NCBI RefSeq assembly: GCF_006345805.1
Contig: NC_043013.1
Coordinates: forward strand, 55,118,001 to 55,182,000
Direction: 5' to 3'
DNA length: 64,000 bases
Source: Octopus sinensis
Taxonomy: Eukaryota
This document shows, one piece after another, positions 46,661 through 59,890 of the stretch (positions are counted from its first letter, which is position 1; the number at the start of each line of letters is the position of its first letter). Both the position numbers and the translations under genes were made by a program. The notes beneath the pieces were generated by a model, which ran no database searches, was not told the DNA's origin, and saw only the letters and a list, made by a program, of their open reading frames with translations.

Positions 46661-49600
46661 TATATAAATACACACACACACACATATGTATAGTTGTTTT
46701 TGAATACTGCGTTTAGAGATAAAATGCTTTTAATATATTAATCAATGATTAACTTTTGTGAAATCCACATCTAATTAAAGATTTATATATTTTCTGTTTT
46801 ACATCTTTAGTTTTCTTTCTTCCATTTGTAAAAGCAAATATGAAGTTGCATACTCAAATATGTAAATATAATTAAAAAATAGTGAAAATAAGGAGGAATA
46901 AAAGGTTCTTATGAGAACCTTATATTATCATTTTATCTGGGTCAGTGCTTTTGTTGTTGATAAGTAAAACTAAAAGACCAGTGCCAATTCTGGTACAAAA
47001 TGAGATGTGTCTTCAATTCAAGCAATAAACAGTTATTTAATGGTGAGCATACAATGTAAACATTTGTAGATGGTATCTGATGTGTATTTATGAAGAATAA
47101 AGGGGAAAAAATCAAATTCACACGAAAGGTCTTCAAGTAACTTTAGTCTTTGCAAAAGCAGTGTTTAAACAAAGTGATGAAGAATAACAGAACCCATTAT
47201 GCTTCTTCATACTTGTGTATTGTTTGAAGATATGGGTGGTCACAGTTTGATTTAAGTCTTCGGGTTACTGCTTTTCTTTGCTGTGAGAACATGAACGGAA
47301 CAGCTTTGAATGACAATTTCTCACTACACATTCACAATAGATATACACATAGAGGTTTCCATATTTCTATAAATTCCCACTTTTAATGCATAAACCAGTG
47401 TAAAAACAAACAATGTTCAGTTAAGTTCAATGTTGATTTTTCTCGAATAATTGGTATGCTCTTAGTAATTCTTGGAAGCAGGAAAAAGAAATAAGACTCC
47501 AACAGAGTCTAAAGTACAGAGTGTAGTTTAATAACAATTATCAATGATTTATTTAAAAAAAAAAAAACTATTATTCATGATAATATAAGCAAGCAGGTGA
47601 AAACTAAATTGTCTATTATACAAGATATTCATCATGTGTCTGCTGAAGATAATGTTTATACCAAGATGTTTGACTAGGTCTATCCTTGTGGAACATATTT
47701 TTATTAATTTGATATTATGACTGATTATATTCCTGGTAGAGACAATGGAAAATGAAGCTGTGGCTAACATTAATTTTGCTAATTAAAACTGGAAACTATA
47801 AAAGTTGTATAATTTTCTGAAATAATTACTAAGATACAGCAAGCTTATCCATCAAGGTTAGTTTCATTTACTTAATCCATTAGAAAATGTTAAAAGTTCT
47901 TGTCTTGTTTGGTATAGAAATGTTACTATCATTATAACAGGAGTAAAGAGGAACTGCTAGAGATTACAGACTATCAAAATTAATGAATCCAGTAATGAAA
48001 ATAGTAGAAAAGGTCTTAATGAAGTCAATATAGGCGAATAAATTTGGACACAGCCATATTTGTGAGCGCTTTGACTAATACTGCAGCCATAACAGTCTAG
48101 TTTTTGTATTCAGTTTTTGAACTATGAACTGTGTCATCAAATGTATCTTCCTTGTTTTAAAACAGAATGGCAAGGCTTAAAGTAACTATGGTTACAAGAT
48201 GAGCAACTACATCAGTTTAAACAGTTTTTACATGGATGTGCAATTATAAATGGTGTATACGATAAGGCAAAAGGGGTACAGTTTATTGACTGAGAAATTT
48301 CTTGAATGATAATAATGCCAAATATTTATGAATTATTTCTAAAAGTAGCTCAGAGAATATAAGAGAGTACGGACATTCAGGTCAGGGAAGATTTTCAGCT
48401 TGCTTGGTCTGAATTACCAACTTTGTATTTTAAACATTTACAGATGATAAATTTAAATAAGGGATTTAGTTTTCAAATTTTATTCCTCTTTTATTTCTGT
48501 ATTTCCAAATAAAAACATTTGTGTTGTTTTTTGTCGATACAAAGGTTATACATAGAGTTTTACAAATAAAATTAATACAGAATTGAGTTTTGACATAATC
48601 TTCAGAAACAGATTCTTCTCTGAAATATTTTATAATTCAATATACAAATGTTATAAGATGAATGAATATAATATCAAAGTATAGATACGGTATCACGTTG
48701 TAAATATAATATATGACGGGAATTATTTGCTAGCAAATACCGATATAGAATGCATTCTATGTTACAGGCAATACAATTCAAAAAGAGCAACTAGATGAAA
48801 GTAAAATCTAAAATTTTAGATTAATTAATCATTTTACAATATCAAATCAAATTCAATGTTGGTAACTGACTTGTTATGCAAAAGCAACAATATTTCAGAA
48901 ATTTCAGCTATAATTAGATTTAAAGAACATATTTGACTTTTGGAGAGATTGTTCAACCAAGTTCTTCAAAGTTACATTCTCACTTTGGCTGTCATAAAGT
49001 TTCCTTTTATATCATATTTCTAGTTTTCACATTATTCAATATGACAAGGACAAATTTCTAAAGAGTTTGTGATACTAACCACACCTAGTTTCAATGGTAC
49101 AATCTGTCTAAAACTGCCCAGCTTCTATGAATATGTCCTGTATAAAGTGAGTTAAAATAAAACATTCTCTGAAAATTCCATGCTAACTTATATTCAAAAT
49201 ACGCATTTAATAAAAACAAAGGCCTTTTATTAATTGCTTCATTGTTTTCAGAATTAATTAAAAGAGAAAGAACCTATTTCAACAAATGTACTTACAAAAG
49301 AGTAAAGAAATTCTTTTAACATATTGTCATTTTTGTTTATAGTTTTTATACGGTGCTTACTGTAGCAGTATAAACATTAAAACTAAAAGAGCAGTAATAA
49401 ATTTTCAACGTCTTATTTTCCCTGTCTACAAGTCAATGCTGAGCAGAGCTGAGAAAACAGGGCACTGATCAGCTAACCTAAAGATCAACAATTCAAGTCC
49501 TGTCATTGGATGCATTTTAGGTCTCTAGTCTCAAAACTAATATCACCTGGTCTACCAATGTCTACACGGGTACCATAGTATTGTGTAATACAGTGCTGTA

Positions 49601-50714
49601 TGCAATGGTACACCTCAAAAGTTGTGTCTGATATCTTTATTTATATGTTCTAGGTTAAATTCTAACTATGAAAAACTTATGACAGATGAGTGCTATGTCA
49701 GGGGAAGATTAATTCATAATCTGCTTAATACTTATTTCTTTACTACCCAAAAGGGGCTAAACACAGAGAGGATAAACAAGGACAGACATGACAACTAATG
49801 GTGAGCTCTGCGCTAGAAAACCCAGAGAAAATGTAAAAGAATTGACTAATAAAACAGTAATTCAGGAGTGATCTTATGAATTTCTGATAATATATAGGAA
49901 TGATGCAACCTTGTTCTTTGAAATAATATTTAATCTGGCCAAAGAATATGCCAAAACATCATGGCTAAAGATAATCAGACATTATAGAAATGAAGTTAAG
50001 ACAGAAACACAAGTGAAGATGCTAATGTGCTCAAATCTTATACTAAAATTGCTGTACAGCTTGGTTTCATTTCCAACAATGCCTTTCACAAACTATTTCT
50101 AGACAAAAATAGGATATATATACTTTTTCTGTAACTATGAATAACAAAACAGTTTAAATAAAGTTTTTATACTTTTATCACGAAATGAAGCAAACAAAAT
50201 TTAAATTCTAATTTCAAGATATTTTGAGCGAAATTTCATTTCCAAATAATATTTTTCCATTAAAATCTCATTAAATAGAACTTCTGTAATATTCACATAT
50301 CATATTTGTTATTACACATGAAAATAATTTAATTTAGTTAAATAAATATAGATATTTAGATGGTGTATTTTAAAACATATTAATGAAATAACGCAAGTTA
50401 TGGATGAAGTTGAGACATGGTAAATTCCTGGCAAGACAGCAAGTAGGTAGTAAACTGTTTACTGTTTAGTACATGAAGAGAAGACTTGTGGAAACAGGAG
50501 CAGCTGGATAAGGTTAAACCATTTTTTATTCAGGCGGAATATTATTTCTTGATGGTTTGGGGTCAGCAAGAAAAAAGAATCAAATAAAAAGCCAGGCTGG
50601 GTCTTTGAAGAGCTTAAATTTCTAGAAGAATGAGAATCAGTAAATAGAATTATTAGTGAGTGGCAGAGTGAAATGTGGTGAAGAGAAGTATGGCTTTACA
50701 AAAGAAAAAAAAGA

Positions 50715-50880
50715 AGATAGAGAGATGGATGGATTGATGGATAGACAGATGAATAAGTTGACAATCAGATAGAGAGATAGGATAGACAAAGAGGTAGGCA
50801 AGCAGACAGGGGAGAGATAGAGGCAGAGAGATAGGCAGACAGTGATAGGACAGACAGACAGGAAGGCAAACAGAAAGGAC

Positions 50881-50912
<32 letters not shown>

Positions 50913-50935
50913 GAGGGATAAATAGACAGAGAGAA
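50715..50935. repeat. (GATA)/(GACA)/(GA) purine-rich low-complexity tract
   Basis: Direct inspection; similar tracts at 36170-36330 and 42640-42790. Confidence 0.85.
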
Positions 50936-52199
50936 AGTTTGGCCATCAGAGTGAATAGATGTCATCCATACTGTAAGAGATTGTGAAGTGATCACATACT
51001 CCCACAGGCATGAATAATATTGCAGTTGAGATTGAACCTATGCCTTACATATATAGTTAGTAGCTGTTTTGGTTTGAAAATAGTGTTCTGACTCCCAGCT
51101 CAAAAGAATATAGAATAAAATCAGGATTCAGCACTCACTGTAAATAAGGCTATCATCTAGTATAGTAAAACATAGTTTGAAGGAGATTTGCTTTCTATTT
51201 TCAGCAGGTTGTGTGGCTGCATAAAGGTTCCTTAGTTAGCTTGTACATTCTTTTGTTTTCACTTGTTATGAAAAGTAAATTTGTTTTCCTATCAAATGGA
51301 ATCTGTAGCATCCAAACATTGTGTCTGGAGAAGATAAAGCTTCCTTTAATAAATGAGTCTTCATTTATTTGTTGTTATCATTATTATTATTACTTTTTTG
51401 TCCATATAGAAATAGAGGAATGAACAATTTTCCTATTTACGAGATCCAGAAAAGCAACAGTCACACAATAAGGCTGGTGTGGATGATTATTCTTAAAATG
51501 TTGACCATCAAGCAATGTGTGGCACATTAATCTTTTCAAAAATTAAACAAATAAATCAATTTGGTAAAAGCAAACTACATGAGTTGTAAAAGACAGAAAT
51601 ATAAAAATATGTACACAACATAAAATTGAATTCATTAATTTAATATAGATACATATTAAAGCTAAAAATGCAATGATATGATTTATTTAAAAGTTTCCTT
51701 ATCTCAACTCACTATTTCTATAGTACTTAAAAATTTTTAACTTCTACCACAAATTGTGTGGTGTTACTAAAATAGCACACCACTAAATGAAACTGAATTC
51801 TATAATTCTTTCAAAATTTTATATATTTCAAAATTGCTGTATTCAAAAATTTCTAAACAAATAATTGTGATTATGGTAGCTACATCTATTTTCTATTATA
51901 CTTGTATTAATTTCAAGAATTACAAAATTCTTTCAGCATCTTGCTACACTAGTTAACATTTTAAAATAATTTCCAGTTGAGCAGTGGCAGCAGCAGCAGC
52001 CGCCACCACCACCACCACCACCTTCATCATTATTTTAATGTGCACTTCTCTATGCATGCATAAGTCTGACAAAATTTGCTGTGGCAGATTTTCTATGGCT
52101 GAGTGCCCTTCCTGTCACCAACCCTCGCCTGCTTCCAAGCAAAGTAATATTACCCCAAAGGCCAATCATTTTGTTAGGTTTTGTTTATAATGTAATGTT

Positions 52200-52690
52200 A
52201 TCAATTACAATGTTGAGGTGGATTTCTGTCATTTGAAAATGAAGACAGAGTCATTTGATCTCTTGAATTAATGTGTGGGTGACTGAACATTCCACAAGCT
52301 TGTGTACCCTTACTAGAATTCTCAGTCAGTATCGGCATTAAATGGAGTGTAGAAGGACATAACTGGCACTTCACTGGTTGTGATGATGAAGGTCCCAGTT
52401 GATCTGATGAACAGAACAGCTTGATTGCGAAATCAATGTGCAAGTGGCTGAGTACTCCACAGACACGTGTACCCTTCATGTAGTTCTCAGGAATATTCAA
52501 CATGACACAGGATGTGATAAGGTTGACCCTTTCAAATACAGGTACAGCTCATTTTTGCCAGCTGAGTGAACTGGAATAATATAAAATAAAGTGTCTTGTT
52601 CAAGGACATAATATGTTGCTGGAAATCGAAGTTATGACCTTAATGCCATGAGCTGAATACCCTAACCACAAAGTCACGTCCCTTCACATG
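52200..52690 (-). mobile_element. tRNA-derived SINE family E, long copy
   Basis: gaacagcttg...gtgcaagtggctgagtactccacagacacgtgtaccctt...tttttgccagctgagtg...gtgtcttgttcaaggacat...aaatcgaa...ccctaaccac. Confidence 0.7.
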
Positions 52691-55039
52691 GCCACACTTT
52701 TTTAATTATAAGTACAATCCAGCTAACAGGTTTCTATACAATTTTTGTCAACCCGATTTCATTCAGAAAGTATGAGTTGGCCCAAGGGTATTGAAAATGG
52801 CATTTGCTTCAGATAGAACTTAGGTCCTTATGGTTGCTAAGTGAACCTCTTAACCATTCAAGAAAACTGTGCCTATGATGAGTAAAGGCAATTTTGAGTC
52901 CATTCACTTAAAACAACACAATTAAAAATTTCACCAAATAGATTAATTGATACACTGTTTTACTTTATAGAAAATTCTACAGAAATATAACAAGAATTGC
53001 TGAGTTTCAAAGACACTAACCATTCTACTCATGTACAGTTTATATGATGCAGGTCAATTAATGTAATAAATAGAAAGTGCAAATGCTGGTTAGTCGAAAT
53101 GTAGTAATAATTTACATGTGCAGACTAATGGAAATTTGTTTTAATCAGTGCAAAATTTAGATATTTTAAAGATATTTAAAGTAATTAATATAACAGTGCT
53201 TAGCTCGAGCAGAAGAAATATATCAGATTTTAAATAAAACTGAGACGATCAAAATTTATGTCAAGACGGTGAGACAATATTGATTTCTCAGTTCACTAGT
53301 TTATAGATTTAGTTTCAAGGAAAAAAATAAACTAAATTCAAAAGTGAGAAGATTTAAAAGATCTCGTTATCTTATTTTGATTTATTGATGGTTTAAATTC
53401 AAATATCTCTTCAAAGGTATCAATGATAAGTAAAATAAAGAGAGAAGAGAAACTAAAAACACAGAGAAGGAAATAAAAAAGATATGACAGAAAAGTGAGA
53501 AAGAATAAAAGCAACACAATTTAGGTAGGAAAAAATAGTATGGAAGCACACAAAGCTACATAGTGGTGATTTAGACAAACAAAACATGAATATGTAATCA
53601 GAGGAATAGAATGCAAACGAAGAAAATAATAGAAAGTGTTTAGAATTTATTCCTTTATGAATGGTTTTTTTTTCTCTGCATTTTGGATTTGTGTTATGAA
53701 TTATATAATCCAAAGAAAGTTCTATAAATTACATACCACAGAACTCAAATATTTTCAGTCACTGATTAAACTTAATGCAATCTAAATTTTTTAAATTAAT
53801 TTCTTTTAATTGTTAAATCAATTGTCAAAATATAAAACCAATGATGACAGCTTGATGTTAAACCTGTTCAAAAGTATTTGCAAAACAACAGATTTTGAAA
53901 ATTAACAAGGGAATGGCACGATTAGTTATTTCTGTTTCAACAGGATTCATTGTACATTTGCATGTGTGTGCTTCATCCATTCACAGGGGCACATGTCCCC
54001 AGCAAGAGGAACACCCTCGCCAATCCACCATGCACTATCTATTTGGTACCAGCTTTTGTTTTGAGGATTTGCATGCACACACACACACGCACACACATAT
54101 TGTTTCTACTTAGCCATAGTGAAATTAAGAACCAGTTGATAAAAACTAAGTATACTTGTATAATTTACAATTATTTGTAAGGTTTAGCAGTGAGAAGATA
54201 TGAATTTTCTCCATTCAGATTCTTCTTTAAACCAGAAAATCAGTACAGAGCAAAATAATAATTAACGAGTGCCAAAAGGACAGGAGTTATGCAATCTACC
54301 TCATTAGCTTACAACTGTTTCAGCTATAATCCATAATTCCTATTCTTTTGTTCTTGCATATACACAGATACATATATATATATTTGTGCATAATGTGTAT
54401 GTGTGTGTGTATTAGGCAGAAAAATAGTATCATAATAAAATGTTGTAGGACTCCTAGTCACAGAAATTATGAGGACTTCTGTAATACAAAAGTTTTTAAA
54501 ATTTACTATTTTACTTAATCTTTGGAGGTTCCTAGACTACAACCCGCAAAATGCTATTATCTTAATCTGACCCTGTATACAGAAAATACTAAGAAAATAC
54601 ATGTCTCTATTGTATGGGTTTTCTAGAGTTACAAAAGTATAATAAAAACAGTTGAGTAGGGGAGTGGCAGAGATAGTTAGGGCAACAGCACAGAAGATCA
54701 CAATCTGTGGTCAGCTGTGTATTCTGTGTCCAAAGCCAAGATATTGAAGTTGTTGCAAGGGGTTTGCTTTTGCTTAAATTGATCTGATCAATAAAGACAA
54801 ATTTTGTTGGCTGCATGAATAATAATGATAACTGAAGCAAACTTGTGAAAATCTAACTATAACGTTTATTGCCAGACATAAAAACATTTGATGTTGGTAA
54901 ATAACAATGAACAATATTAATAATTGCTGAATGAAAGTAAAACTGCTCTGAAAATATAAAAAGTAATCTGTGTGACATGAAACAAGTCCAAAAATACATC
55001 AAGTCATTTGTACAAATCTCTGATCTGTGGTATCACTGG

Positions 55040-55265
55040 TCCATTGGCCACCTGTTGGCAAGAGTGGAGGTGTGTGAGTCAGCCAGTTATCTTTGACGTG
55101 TCAAAGGCTCACACTGATTGGTTGATTTACAGGCTGATCATGTGAAACTATAGTGGCTCACTTATGACTGAGTATCTAGCAGTTAGGTTTCAACTCCCCA
55201 CTACAAACCTTTGTCAGCTCAGACCATTTAAATGTAAAGAGGTCACTCTGGGTGAAATGACTCAG
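55040..55265. promoter_or_regulatory. Candidate cis-regulatory module (TF motif cluster)
   Basis: AP-1 TGAGTCA (55075) and TGACTCA (55258), palindrome CTTTGAC-gt-GTCAAAG (55091-55106), two ATTGG, E-boxes CACCTG and CATGTG, and TGATTTAC. Motif evidence only. Confidence 0.35.
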
Positions 55266-57324
55266 TATAACAAGCAGTAGAATCTACACCATAAAATTGA
55301 CAAGTAATAGCATTAGTGGACTGGTATTCTCCCATAGTCTTCGGCCAACAAACAACAATTCTTTTCTTGACTCAAAATGTCAAGATACTTGCTTCATTTG
55401 CTTTTTTCAAATTTGTTTTTTCCGCAAAAATATATTTTTATTCTCATTTGTATATTTTAATCACATTGAAAATAGCCAGGTCTGATAGTTATTCTTCTAG
55501 CGTCAGCTCTTTTCCTTCCATCACACATCATTCTACTGATCTTCATCTCTTTTCCCACTTTTTGGATATTTCTCTGAATGTCACTCAATATATCACTTCT
55601 TACCTACCTCTTATTTTCTCACATTCTTTTTGCATGGAAACAATATAATGCTTTCCTTAAAATTAACGCAAAGTCGAGCACATTCTCCTCTTTTCATTCA
55701 CACTAACTCCAGCCTAGTGCCCCTCTATATTAAACTTGTGATGGCCCAGTGCCAGGAGAAACTGAACTGAGATGCAATTTCCATTGATTTGGTGCTGGCG
55801 ACTACATTTTGTAAAACCCACTTGCAGAATAAATTGTATAGATATCGATAAAGTCAAATAAAATTCTAATAGAACCAGTCGAATACAAAATGCCCTGTAG
55901 GAAGCCATAAAAACGATTTTTATATTTTCTCACTGGAATTTGTTTTTTATTTTTTTAAGCCTCTATAGAATTATCTGCAAAGTGCTTCGTAAATGTGTGT
56001 ACTTACACATAACTGGCAAACATACTAAATGGATATATGTCTGTGTTTATATTTACCCCAATGGTGAAAATAAACAGTTTTTTTTTCTTTCATTTATTTA
56101 TGCATGAAAAAAAAAGAAATATGTATTCACTAATGTGTTGAACCTGACTTGTGAAATCCTATCGACAATGTTAAACCATTTAGATATATAATCTAGCAAC
56201 TGATGAGACAAGTTTTGACTATGTGCCTGTTATGTAATGTAACATTAAATATTGACAATCAGTTCAAATCAACAGTAAATTTTGCAATCCCTTATCTCTA
56301 AGATGTATTTGAATTTGTCTAATTTATTTTTTATTTATCTGCATCCAACTGGTTTATCGAATGAAACCAAACTTTCTGTGTATTTAATGCAATGATTCAA
56401 AAACCACATGGATGATTTGTTGAGCAAAAACTAATTGAAATATGAGCCTCATGTTTTCAGCTGTTATTCTTTCACTCTATTACAATTATCTTTGATCATT
56501 TTTCAAGTGTCATATCTTTACACGAAACATTTATTTATGAGAGTAGGAGTTCAATATATTTGAAAGGAATTTCAAGAAATGCCTTGACCAATCATTATAT
56601 GTTGTAATGGAATCAAAAACAAAGCTGAGCATGGTGAGATTTTCATCAAAATACTGAAAGGAAATGTGACTAATTGCTTAAGTCTCTATCATTTCTAAAA
56701 AATTCCTGCCCTCAATGCTGTATTTAATAATGATTTCCAATATTGCATAAGCCCACAATTTCCAATGTAGGGAATAGCCAATTGAATCTATCCCAATACT
56801 TAATTTCATCAAACCCAGGGTGTCACATTTCAAAGTCAATCCAGATTGTATTTGAACTAATATGTTTAAAATTAAAATTATTTTCTAAATTTTTAATATA
56901 GAAAGCATAATCAAAATCTAATATTTTGAGTTACTTAAGGCCAAGAATAGACAAAAGTTTATCTATATTAAAAGCTGAAGGAAATTGAAAAGTCATAGTT
57001 TACAACATTATTCTTTGTCACTTTACATATATAAATTTTTGCTTATATTTAGATCTACATCAACAACCAATACTGCATAGGATTTAGATTTTACTCTTAT
57101 GAATTCCTCAGAGGAAGAAAGAAGCACTCAGTATCTTTTTTGAGGACCTCTGAGACTCGTGGTAAAATAGCTTTACCCCCAGGCCTGGCTCTAATGTATG
57201 CAAGAGAGCGACTCTACAAAGAGGACTCAGGTTCCTCTATGATGGCATTCAAATCAGTAACAGATTAAATTGATGATCCAAGAATGGAAATAATGCCTCT
57301 GATTACCATTGAAACATTTTTCTA

Positions 57325-57444
57325 CGAGGTTTCATTCACAAGGCTTTGGTCAACCTTGAGGCTATAAGTAGAAAACATCTGCCCAAAGTACCAGAGAATG
57401 GGACTGAACTCAAAACCAGATAGTTGCAAACCAAAATTTTTAAC
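57325..57444 (-). mobile_element. SINE family A head fragment
   Basis: attcacaaggctttggtc...gaggctata...ctgcccaaag...gggactgaac. Confidence 0.7.
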
Positions 57445-58452
57445 CCATTACCAAGGTGACCAAGTCAGTAGCAGGGGTGGATGCTCTGAGAGCATATTTT
57501 CTAGAATAAGAATAGCATGGGAAAAGTTCAGAGAGCTCTTATATCTGCTGGTAACAAAGGGCCTCTTGCTCAGAGTGAAAGATAGACTGTATGGTTTCTG
57601 TGTGCAAACAGCCATGCTACACGGCAGCAAAACATGGGCTGCTGAGGACATGCACAGGCTTGAAAGAAGTGAAGCTAGTATGCTCCACTAGATGTGTAAT
57701 GTCAGTGTGCATACACAACAGAGTGTGAGCACCCTGAGAGTAAAGTTGGACATCAGATGTGGTGGGTAAGGGAGACGACTGCGCTGATATGGTCATGTGA
57801 TGTGTATGGATGAGGACAGCCGTGTGAAGAAGTGTCACACCCTAACGGTGGAGGGAACCTGGGGTGAGGTAGTGAAGCATGACCTTCGAATATTGGGCCT
57901 TACAGAGGCAATGACAAGTGACCAAGACTTATGGGAGATATGCCGTGCTTGAGAAGACTCAAGCCAAGTGAGATCATAGCCATGGCAAGTGCCAGTGTTG
58001 CATAACTGGCCCATTTAAGAGCATCCTTCAATTGTTGGGCAATATGCCATGCTTGTGAAGACCTGTTGAACTGAGTGAAATCATAGTCATGGCGGGTGTC
58101 AGTGCTGCCTGACTGGCACCCATGCCGGTGGCATGGGAAAAGCACCATTCGAGCATGACCAATGCCAGTGCTGCCTAACTGATACCCATGCCAGTGGCAT
58201 GTAAAAAGCGTCATTTGAACATGGTCGATGTCAGTGCCACCTGACTGGCACCCGTGCTGGTGGCATGTAAAAAGCACCCACTACACTCTCAGAATCATTA
58301 ACATTAGGAAGGGTATCCAGCTGTAGAAACACTGCCAGATCAGACTGGAGCCTGGTGTGGTCTCCTGGCTTGCCAGACTTCAGTTAAACCGTCCAACCCA
58401 TGCCAGCATGGAAAGCAGACTTTAAACGATGATGATGATGATGTTGATGATG
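57445..58452 (+). mobile_element. 5'-truncated RTE-clade LINE (ORF C-terminus, structured 3' UTR, (GAT)n tail)
   Basis: HYQGDQVSSRGGCSESIFSRIRIAWEKFRELLYLLVTKGLLLRVKDRLYGFCVQTAMLHGSKTWAAEDMHRLERSEASMLH*MCNV...RRLR*YGHVMCMDEDS matches the RTE pattern YLG...RI..AW.KF..L...KG.LY...V...MLYG.ETW...RRL.W.GHV. Confidence 0.9.
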
Positions 58453-59825
58453 ACAGCCCTGATGCAAACATACTATGGCATAGTTTCTACTATGAGACGT
58501 GTGTGTCTCAGGGGGCCATAGATCTTCTCCATGAAAAGTCTTGATTTGCTGTCACCCTTCCATCGTTGGGCACTATGCCATGCTTATGAAGGCCTGCTGA
58601 ACTGAATGAAATCATAGTGATGTCCTCTCCAAGTCACAGACCTGGGAAAGGTTGGATGAAAGACTAGTGGTTGGCCATACAACAACTCTTCTCTTTCCAT
58701 GTCCCTGATGATCAAGGTCCAATATGGTTTGACAATATTCACAAGATTTATCAGAATAAAAGAAAAGTCTGAGTTGGATTATCTTGGGGACTTTAGCTCC
58801 TGATTAGCATTCAATCAAATAAACCCTAATATCATATACCTTGATTTGTAGGTCCTTAAACAGTATTTGATTCATACCGAACAATTTTTTTTTTTTGACC
58901 CTCACAAAGAATGACCAGCAAAGTTCACTATGGAGATGTAAACCCAGAACACAAATAACCAAAACAAATGCTGCCATTTTGTTCAATGCTTTATCAATTC
59001 TGCCTCCAGTCACCCTTGTCTGGGTGCATTATATCTCCGTTTATTCTTTATCATTTAAAGCTGGGGTGGGGGTGGGGTAGAAATTTATTGGTTTTCATTT
59101 GTGATTCGCTTTACAAGAACATGTTTTCATTCTGGTTTCTTACAAAGTTTATTATTGTTACTTTTCTTTTTTATAGTTCTCGATTTTATGACAACGAATA
59201 CATATGTTGTTGCAACATTACCAGCATTCATTGATTTAACAGCTGTACCAGATGGTTTTGTATCAAGGTATCAACAATATGTCTTGTTTAGTTGACGGCA
59301 GCAGTTTCTTTGCCCTTTTACTGTAAATGCTGTCCAGATGTAAAGAGCATAACATCAACAATAACAACAGCAACGACGATGATGATGGTGATAGTGAATT
59401 TTTTGTACATCAACTTATTTGTTGTTTGTTGCTCATAACATGAGATTTAGTTACAGAAGCAATAATATGAAGCAGGGAAGGTAAATAAGGAATAATGAAA
59501 AAAAAATTAATAATAATAATAATAATATAATAATAATAGAAGATAGGCTAAAATCTGGATGCAAGTTTCGAAAACAAGTATTTTGGTTTGGGGTGAAAAA
59601 GAAAATGTACAATATGATAGTTCCTGGAAACTAAAAGTCTGAAGAATAAGCAAAATTAATAAGAACTTTAAGACTGTTGGAAACTGAATGATTGTCTAAA
59701 AGCGAAAACAAAATACACGAAAATTAACAAAACAATTTTGTTTTGTGCTAAACATCTAACAAAACAGGAAAGTGAAATGTCCATGGAAATTATACACATG
59801 CACACCACACACACACTCACATAAC

Positions 59826-59890
<65 letters not shown>

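Noticed and set aside
47920-48060. RT-like peptide RDYRLSKLMNPVMKIVEKVL
   Set aside because: Suggestive of an RTE RT relic but too short to list as a supported feature.
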